NCBI GenBank assembly: GCA_963778655.1
Contig: CAVZVA010000011.1
Span: 32,001 to 96,000, forward strand
Reading direction: 5' to 3'
DNA length: 64,000 nucleotides
Origin: an uncultured delta proteobacterium
GTDB taxonomy: Bacteria > Myxococcota_A > Polyangia > Polyangiales > JAFGIB01
A program made the position numbers and the translations under genes. Of this stretch, positions 58,096-64,000 are shown piece after piece (within the stretch, counting starts at the first letter, position 1; each line of letters opens with the position of its first letter). The notes below the pieces were generated by a model. That model did no database searches. It had not been told where the DNA came from and was given only the letters and a program-made list of their open reading frames with translations.

Positions 58096-59394
58096 TCAAT
58101 CCCCGGCAGCCACCACGCGATTGCGGCCGCCGGCTTTGGCTGCATAGAGCGCCCGGTCGGCGGCCTGCACCAAGTCGTCGCGGGCCTGGTCGGGCCGGAC
58201 AAACGCGATCCCGATGCTGGCCGACACGCCGATGTCCGTACCCCCGACTGCGACCGGGCACGAGGCGATCGCCGCGCGCAGGCGTTCGGCCGCCACCTTC
58301 GCACCTGCGATGTCCGTGCCGACGAGCAGCACCGCGAACTCCTCGCCACCGGTCCGAAACGCCTTGTCAACCTCGCGGATCGTGCGCGTCATCGTGCGCC
58401 CAATGGCGCGCAGCACCTCGTCGCCGGCGGCGTGACCATGGGTGTCGTTGATCGTCTTGAAGTCGTCGAGGTCCAGCGTCAGCAGGACAACTTGCTCTCC
58501 GAGCCTGCGCACGCGCGCGTAGGCTTCGGTCAGTGCCTCCTCGAACGCCCGCCTGTTGGGCAATTCGGTCAGCGCATCGCGTCGCGCTTGCTGCGCGAGG
58601 GCTTCCTCGGACTGATGGATGAGCCCGATCATAGTGTTGAACTCGTCCGCAACCTGACGCAGCTCCGGCGGGACCTGCACGTCGATCCGGTGCTGTCGGT
58701 CCCCCCGTGCGAACCTCCGTGCTCCGTCCACCAGCCGGTCGATGTTGGCCAGCATTATGCGCACGATCACCGCGACGCCGCCAATCATGCAGACCAGCGA
58801 CAGGCCCGCCGCGATCGCGCTCAACCACCTCGACCGCTCGAGGGCCAGTAGGGCCGCACGGTGGTCGGCTTCCAAGTCTCTCGTCAAGCTCAGATCGATC
58901 GCGCGCAGCTCATCCACGGACTCGTTGATCAGGCCCGCGAAATGGTCGGCGCGCTCGACGCCGTGCTCGTCGCCGCCGGCGGGCGGATGCGCCAGCAGCT
59001 CCAAGGCGATGGCGTCCGCGCTTCGCCATTGTTCTTGCGCGCGCCGAAGGAGCGCAGAGAGCTGGGCGTCCGCCCGTAGCTCGCGTTGCAGCCCGACGAA
59101 CGCCGCCTCCGACCTGACGCGCTGCTCTCGGTAGGCCGGAGGCCAGTTCGGCTCGCGCGAGTCTAGGTAGGCCTCCACGGCGACATTCGCCTCGCGAAGC
59201 TCGATCTGGAGGCGCTGCGTGGGGCCAATCTGGTTGCGGTAGCGCGACGCGACGTCGTTGAAGTCCGAAATCACGCTCGCGTCCAACAGCACGTGGTCCA
59301 GCACCGCGGCGATGGCAAGTGGGAGAATGGTCAACCCCATGCCGATCGCAACCCAAGTCGATAGCGATCGCTCCGACCATCTTGCAAACGCCAC
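58096..59394 (-). CDS. Membrane diguanylate cyclase (TM-periplasmic helical domain-TM-HAMP-GGDEF)
   Basis: DALTELPNRR, DLDDFKTINDTHGHAAGD, RTGGEEF, ADRALYAAKAGGRNR; GTG at 59394 after AGAGGGGA. Confidence 0.9.
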   Translation of the reverse strand: MAFARWSERSLSTWVAIGMGLTILPLAIAAVLDHVLLDASVISDFNDVASRYRNQIGPTQRLQIELREANVAVEAYLDSREPNWPPAYREQRVRSEAAFVGLQRELRADAQLSALLRRAQEQWRSADAIALELLAHPPAGGDEHGVERADHFAGLINESVDELRAIDLSLTRDLEADHRAALLALERSRWLSAIAAGLSLVCMIGGVAVIVRIMLANIDRLVDGARRFARGDRQHRIDVQVPPELRQVADEFNTMIGLIHQSEEALAQQARRDALTELPNRRAFEEALTEAYARVRRLGEQVVLLTLDLDDFKTINDTHGHAAGDEVLRAIGRTMTRTIREVDKAFRTGGEEFAVLLVGTDIAGAKVAAERLRAAIASCPVAVGGTDIGVSASIGIAFVRPDQARDDLVQAADRALYAAKAGGRNRVVAAGD

Positions 59395-59677
59395 GGGTGC
59401 CCGTCCCCTCTGCAATGCAGAGGCTCGGTCGCGCCGAGTTTGCGACCCGCGCGCTCGGCCCCGAGCATGCCCGGGGGGCAAGGGTACGACTTCGGCGCGC
59501 TCCTTGCCTGAATTTCGGGGCGTGATCGACGGCGACTGACGCCTCGCCAGAGGCAACTGGTGAGCGCAAGTCGGCCGTCCGTCCAGCGCAGAGTGCGCCG
59601 GGAACGGGAAACGATCTCACGGAGCTCGCGGCTCGCACAGGCTTGGATTCAGATCGAGGAGTCGAGGTCGCCTGCGC

Positions 59678-59848
59678 CTAGAGCACCGAACATATTGAAA
59701 CGTGTGCGAAGTCGGGGTCATGGCGGGATGCAGGGTGCGGGCGGGAGCCCGAAGGCGTAGTCCATCCTACGTCGAGCGGGGAGCGCGCGTGCCATGCGCC
59801 CGCGCGGGCCCCGAAATCGTGCGTGTTTCAATATGTTCGGTGCTCTAG
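59678..59848. mobile_element. MITE family A, copy 3
   Basis: Perfect 24-bp TIR CTAGAGCACCGAACATATTGAAAC; the right CTAG overlaps the TAG stop of the 59845-60531 gene. Confidence 0.9.
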
Positions 59849-60531
59849 CTCTGCTTCCGCTTTGGCTGTTTGTTGAGCTGCGCCATGACCTCCCGAGCCG
59901 TGCTCGTGGGTGCGTCGATCAGGTGCTCGCGGTAGCGACCGGCCCACTGGGGCGAGACGCCGGCGTGCTCGGACAGAACGTCCGTGCTGCCCTTCGCCGC
60001 CTGCAGGAACGCCACACGACCGGTGAGAACGAGATCGTCGAGCTGATAGTCGCGAGACAGGCTCAGCTCACCGAGGAAGGTGTGCCACGCCTGCACCGCC
60101 GTTCGCTGCGACATGCGCTGCTGGCTGCCATGGTGATGAGTCGAAATCCACAGCGGCCCGACCAGGCGGTCCCCTCTGGACAGCCAGCCTTCGGCACGGG
60201 CTTCCTTCAGGTAGCCCACGATCGCGTTCCGCGTCCGATCGCTCAGCAGAAATCGTCGCTCGCGGTAGCTGTTGCCTTCGCAAGCCCGCTCGACCGCCTC
60301 CGAGACGACGCGAATGCGGCCCGCAGCGGGGTCTTTGACCACCTCTTCGGCATTGAGCCAAACGGCGGCCTTGGTGCGCAGGGCCCCATCCCATAGCAAA
60401 TAGACGAAGGCCCGCGTCCGCAAGGCGACGAAGTCCCCAGTCGAGGCCCAACGTTCGATCGCAGCCGCAATCCGGCTCTGGTCGCGCGGGTCGATGACGA
60501 TGCTCTTTCTGGCCCGCAACGGAGTGCCCAT
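59845..60531 (-). CDS. Tyrosine recombinase-like catalytic-domain protein with a degenerate active site
   Basis: Box I-like RTRAFVYLLWDGALR; PLWIS...RMSQR; box II-like LDDLVLT (instead of HxLRH), HAGV and RY. Confidence 0.7.
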   Translation of the reverse strand: MGTPLRARKSIVIDPRDQSRIAAAIERWASTGDFVALRTRAFVYLLWDGALRTKAAVWLNAEEVVKDPAAGRIRVVSEAVERACEGNSYRERRFLLSDRTRNAIVGYLKEARAEGWLSRGDRLVGPLWISTHHHGSQQRMSQRTAVQAWHTFLGELSLSRDYQLDDLVLTGRVAFLQAAKGSTDVLSEHAGVSPQWAGRYREHLIDAPTSTAREVMAQLNKQPKRKQS

Positions 60532-60768
60532 TGCCGCTCACTATGCCATATCCCTTCGGCGTCGCATACTTGCAGCGGCCGGCCGAAGTGGATCGCCTGT
60601 GCCTCGCGCATACAAGCCGCGCTGGATTCGCGATCCGTCGCCGGGGCGGGCGTGGGCTCCGGCGCCGGTGGAAACGCCCGGGATTTCGCGCGGGCGCGGA
60701 TGCCGCCGTGCAAGGGTCGCGTTTTGTCCTTGGTGAGCGCCCGCAGCCCCCGTAGGCTGAGCGGCTCG

Positions 60769-62787
60769 ATGCAGCACGCTCTGCTCGCGCGCTTTGTGCG
60801 TAGCTTCCAGCGGGCGATCCGCGAAGAAATGGCGGCGATGCGCGAGCGCCTCGGCTCCTTCGAGCTGCCGGTGCGCGCGAGCGCTGCGATCGGGCACCAA
60901 GACGACGCCGAGCGCCCGCGTTATCGCTTCGAGATCGGCGGCGCCTCCGACAAGTTGATGGCGGGGATGGAGTGCGCGCTGCGCATCGGCGGCAGCGAAT
61001 ACCTGGTCAGCGTGGTGTCACTCGAGCGCACCGCGTTGGTCTTGCGCGCCAACCGCCGGGTCGCGCTCGGCACGGGCGAGGGCGTGCTCGTGGCCTACCC
61101 CTGGTTCTTGTACCAGAGGCTCGAAGCCCGGCTTGGCGAGCTGCGCTGCGACCAGCACGAAGTCGAGCGCGCGCTGGTGCTGTTCGGTAAGCTGCCGCCC
61201 GTGCGCACCGCGCGCGCGCTCGTGCTCGACCACCGCGAGCTCAACGACAGCCAGCGGCGGGCCGTAAAGCTGTGCAGCGACAGCAGCCTCGCCTTTCTGT
61301 GGGGCCCGCCCGGGACGGGCAAGACGCGCACGCTGGCGCACGTGGTCGAGGAGCTGCTTGCCCAGGGCAAGCGCCTGCTCGTGCTCGCAACCACGAACGC
61401 CGCCGTCGATCAGGCGCTGGCGCAGATGGCCGTGCGGCCGGGTCTCGCGCTGGCCATCGCGCGCGGCGAGCTGTTGCGGCTCGGCCACACCGAAGCCGAT
61501 ACCCATGGTGCGAGCGTACGGGAAACGCTCGCGCGGCTCCACGGTAACCATGCCGCAGCGATCGAGAGCGCGCGTGTGCGGCTGCGCGGGCTCGATCGAC
61601 CGGCACGACGGCTGCACGAGCTGCAAGACCGCCTGGCTGAACGTGCGCCCTCCGCGCAGGTCTCGCTCTTCGAGCGCGGCGGCGACGCGCTACGCCTGCC
61701 GGAACTGGCCGATGTATTCAGTCGCGCGCACGCCACGCGCATCGCGGCGCTGCCCGCGCACGTTCAGGCCGATGTGCTGTCGCGCCGGGCCGCACGCTGG
61801 GGCCGGTTGCGGGCGTTGTTGCTCGAGCGCATGGCGAGCGCCGACCGCGCGCTCGCCGCTCGCGAAGCGCGCCTCGTGGCCGACGCTCGCGCCATCTTGA
61901 CCACCCTCACCGCCGCGTACTTCAGCCCTTTGCTCGACGCCCAGCGCTTCGATGCGGTGCTGGTCGACGAGGCCAGCATGGCGGTGCTCCCGAACCTGTT
62001 CTACGCGGCCTGCCTTGCGCGTGAAAAGGCGCTGATGGTCGGCGACCCGCGCCAGCTGCCACCGATCGTGCAGTCGAGCAGCCCGTACGTGTGCCAGGCC
62101 ATGGGGCGCAGCATCTTCGAGGTCGCCGTGCCCGAGCCCGAGGTGTCCGAGGTGGTCGTGATGCTCGACACGCAGTATCGAATGCACCCGGAAATCGGTG
62201 ACCTGGTGAGTCGGCTCTTCTACTCGGGGCGGCTCCGGCACGGTGCGGGCACGGAGGCGCGCACCTCGATCGCCGCGCGCGCGCCCTACCCCGGACGGGC
62301 GCTGGTCGTGGTCGACACGGTGGGTCGGACGCGCTGCACGAGCCGCCCGGGCAGCTTCTCCCGTCTCAACGAGCAGAGCGCGGCGCTGTGCGCCCGCCTT
62401 GCCGCCGACGCGTTGGCCGGCGGCATCACCTCGATCGCCGTCATCACGCCCTACGCCGACCAGGCCCGCGAAATCCGCAAGCAGCTCGAGCGGCTCGGCG
62501 GCGACGCCGGTCTGGTCGAGTGCAGCACCGTGCACCGCTTTCAGGGACACGAACGCGACTTGGTGATCTTCGACACCGTCGATGCACCCCCGTTGCGCCC
62601 GGGCGTGCTGCTGTCGGGCCACGGCGTGGGCTCGCGGGCCGCCAACTTGATCAACGTCAGCTTGTCTCGCGCACGCGGCAAGCTGGTGGTGGTATCCGAT
62701 GTCGAGCACTTCCGCTCGCTGGCACCGGACAGCCTCGTCAACGCCCTGGCCAGCGGCGTCAGCCGCGAGCTTGCGCCGGGCCTTTGA
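60769..62787 (+). CDS. Superfamily 1 DNA2/NAM7 (Upf1-like) helicase
   Basis: LNDSQ, GPPGTGKT, TNAAVD, DEASM, GDPRQLPP, QYRMHP, TVHRFQGHE, NVSLSRAR. Confidence 0.92.
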   Translation: MQHALLARFVRSFQRAIREEMAAMRERLGSFELPVRASAAIGHQDDAERPRYRFEIGGASDKLMAGMECALRIGGSEYLVSVVSLERTALVLRANRRVALGTGEGVLVAYPWFLYQRLEARLGELRCDQHEVERALVLFGKLPPVRTARALVLDHRELNDSQRRAVKLCSDSSLAFLWGPPGTGKTRTLAHVVEELLAQGKRLLVLATTNAAVDQALAQMAVRPGLALAIARGELLRLGHTEADTHGASVRETLARLHGNHAAAIESARVRLRGLDRPARRLHELQDRLAERAPSAQVSLFERGGDALRLPELADVFSRAHATRIAALPAHVQADVLSRRAARWGRLRALLLERMASADRALAAREARLVADARAILTTLTAAYFSPLLDAQRFDAVLVDEASMAVLPNLFYAACLAREKALMVGDPRQLPPIVQSSSPYVCQAMGRSIFEVAVPEPEVSEVVVMLDTQYRMHPEIGDLVSRLFYSGRLRHGAGTEARTSIAARAPYPGRALVVVDTVGRTRCTSRPGSFSRLNEQSAALCARLAADALAGGITSIAVITPYADQAREIRKQLERLGGDAGLVECSTVHRFQGHERDLVIFDTVDAPPLRPGVLLSGHGVGSRAANLINVSLSRARGKLVVVSDVEHFRSLAPDSLVNALASGVSRELAPGL

Positions 62788-62933
62788 TCGCGACCGCTCG
62801 GCTCACCCACGATCGCCACCCCTAGCTCAGAGCCAGCCGGCGCCGGGGCGCTCTGCCGGCCGCGGGCAGAAGGCCGAGACCGAATGCCGTGCTGCTGGCG
62901 CGCGGCGCGAAGCCAGGGCAAGGTGGCTGCAGC

Positions 62934-63548
62934 ATGACCACGCGCCAGCACTGGCAGCAGGTGTACCAGAGCAAGGCCGCCACAGAGGTGAGCTGGTACG
63001 CGGAGCACCTGGGCGAGTCGCTGCGCATGATTCGGGAGGCGGCCGCGCTGGCGGACCGCATCGTCGACGTGGGTGGCGGGGCCTCGACGCTGGTCGATGA
63101 CCTGCTGGAGCTCGGCTACCGCGACCTAACGGTGCTCGACGTCTCGCCTGCGGCGCTGGCGCTGTCGCGCAAGCGACTGGGCGAGCGTGCGGCCCGGGTC
63201 AAGTGGCTGGAAGCGGACGTTACGCGGGCCGACCTTGGCCAGAACAGCTTCGACCTGTGGCACGATCGCGCCGTGTTCCATTTCCTGACTGCCGAGCCGG
63301 ACCGGCGCGCGTACATGCGGCGACTGGAGCGCAGTCTTGCGCCCGGCGGGCACGTGGTGATCGCAACCTTTGCGCTCGCCGGGCCGAACCGGTGCAGCGG
63401 TCTCGAGGTGGTGCGCTACGCTGCCGAAGCGCTCGCGCGGGAGCTCGGTCCGGCCTTCGAGCTCAGCGCGCAGCGCGAGAGCACCCACACCACACCCGCA
63501 GGCAAACCGCAGCGGTTCCTGTGTTGTCGATTCCACAAGCGGCTTTGA
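62934..63548 (+). CDS. Class I SAM-dependent methyltransferase
   Basis: HWQQVY, VSWY, DVGGGAS, LDVS, WHDRAVFHFL, GPNRCSGL. Confidence 0.9.
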   Translation: MTTRQHWQQVYQSKAATEVSWYAEHLGESLRMIREAAALADRIVDVGGGASTLVDDLLELGYRDLTVLDVSPAALALSRKRLGERAARVKWLEADVTRADLGQNSFDLWHDRAVFHFLTAEPDRRAYMRRLERSLAPGGHVVIATFALAGPNRCSGLEVVRYAAEALARELGPAFELSAQRESTHTTPAGKPQRFLCCRFHKRL

Positions 63549-63583
63549 GCCGTCGTCAGCAGCCGTAGGCCCTGATCGAACGC

Positions 63584-63693
63584 GAATGATCGAAAGCACG
63601 AAGCGTTCGGCGTACGCGTTCAAGTTTTTGGGCTCTTTGCCGGCAGCTTGACGGTCACATCTTGCAGATCTGCAAGAAGTCGTCGCTCGTCAC
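63584..63693 (-). pseudogene. Transposase (rve/integrase-core) remnant
   Basis: VKLPAKSP, then a frameshift in an A-run, then LNAYAERFVLSI; this resembles the SP.LNAYAERFV.SIK motif of DDE integrase-core transposases; about 110 bp only. Confidence 0.7.
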
Positions 63694-63714
63694 GGGCTCG
63701 CTGCGGCGCCGCGC

Positions 63715-64000
63715 TCACAGCTCGCCTCGGGTGTGCCCGTCCAGCTCCGCCAGCGGCCTGTTGTGGCTTTCGCCGGCGGCGTCGCGGCAGCGGAAGCTCA
63801 CTTGATCGCCCTGCTCGACGGCGTCGAAGCGCCCGCCGCAGTGCTCGACCATCAGCATCTGGGCATCTTCCATCGCCGGCACGTAAGCGCCCTGCAGTGC
63901 TACCACGCCGCCGAGCGCGTCCTTGCGGACGAGCTGCGCGCTGCTGCTGCAGCCGGCCAGGGCGAGGGTCATGAGCGCGAACGTCACTAGAGTCGTCTTC
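63715..64000 (-). CDS. Small lipoprotein, start codon at the window edge
   Basis: Reads (M)KTTLVTFALMTLALAGCSSSAQLVRKD...; LAGC lipobox. Confidence 0.7.
   Translation of the reverse strand, partial: KTTLVTFALMTLALAGCSSSAQLVRKDALGGVVALQGAYVPAMEDAQMLMVEHCGGRFDAVEQGDQVSFRCRDAAGESHNRPLAELDGHTRGEL

Noticed and set aside
59678..63693. Prophage or integrative element around the recombinase-like gene
   Set aside because: No phage or conjugation genes, att repeats or tRNA target; the recombinase active site is degenerate
1..64000. Many long Arg/Ala/Pro-rich ORFs overlapping real genes (e.g. 3202-5433, 6362-9031, 16937-19174, 23088-25346)
   Set aside because: Shadow frames typical of high-GC DNA; no motifs, and the recognisable protein is in another frame or strand
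1..64000. CRISPR array, tRNA or rRNA
   Set aside because: No regularly spaced direct repeats with unique spacers and no recognisable RNA gene; the repeats found are dispersed palindromes

Overview
High-GC bacterial chromosomal window. The gene families (TIGR02147 protein, Gly/Ala-linker lipoprotein CAZymes, Cys-rich lipoproteins) suggest a Myxococcota/Polyangiales-type organism; this taxonomy is inferred. Contents: the 3' end of a hybrid histidine kinase; a complete kdpFABC-kdpDE K+ uptake locus with an extra upstream mini-peptide; two GT-C-type membrane glycosyltransferases; an orphan ParD-like antitoxin; a metallophosphoesterase/GT21 pair; two molybdenum-hydroxylase clusters; GST; polysaccharide-degrading lipoproteins (CE1-like esterase, GH16, GH62, GH45); an acyl-CoA synthetase; a plsB-gpsA-glgP operon; a multiheme cytochrome lipoprotein operon; a diguanylate cyclase; a catalytically degenerate tyrosine-recombinase-like protein; a DNA2/NAM7 helicase; a methyltransferase; and an IS remnant. 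No rRNA, tRNA or CRISPR array was seen. Most notable observations: (1) a family of structured ~90-bp palindromic elements translated as part of three proteins (KdpA, KdpB, a TPR glycosyltransferase); (2) a B12-radical SAM enzyme fused in frame to a complete lipoprotein (internal lipobox, Asp/Ala/Gly linker, Cys domain); (3) three further non-autonomous repeat families, including a MITE nested in a MITE and MITEs that sit on stop codons. All calls come from reading motifs by eye. No database search was run.
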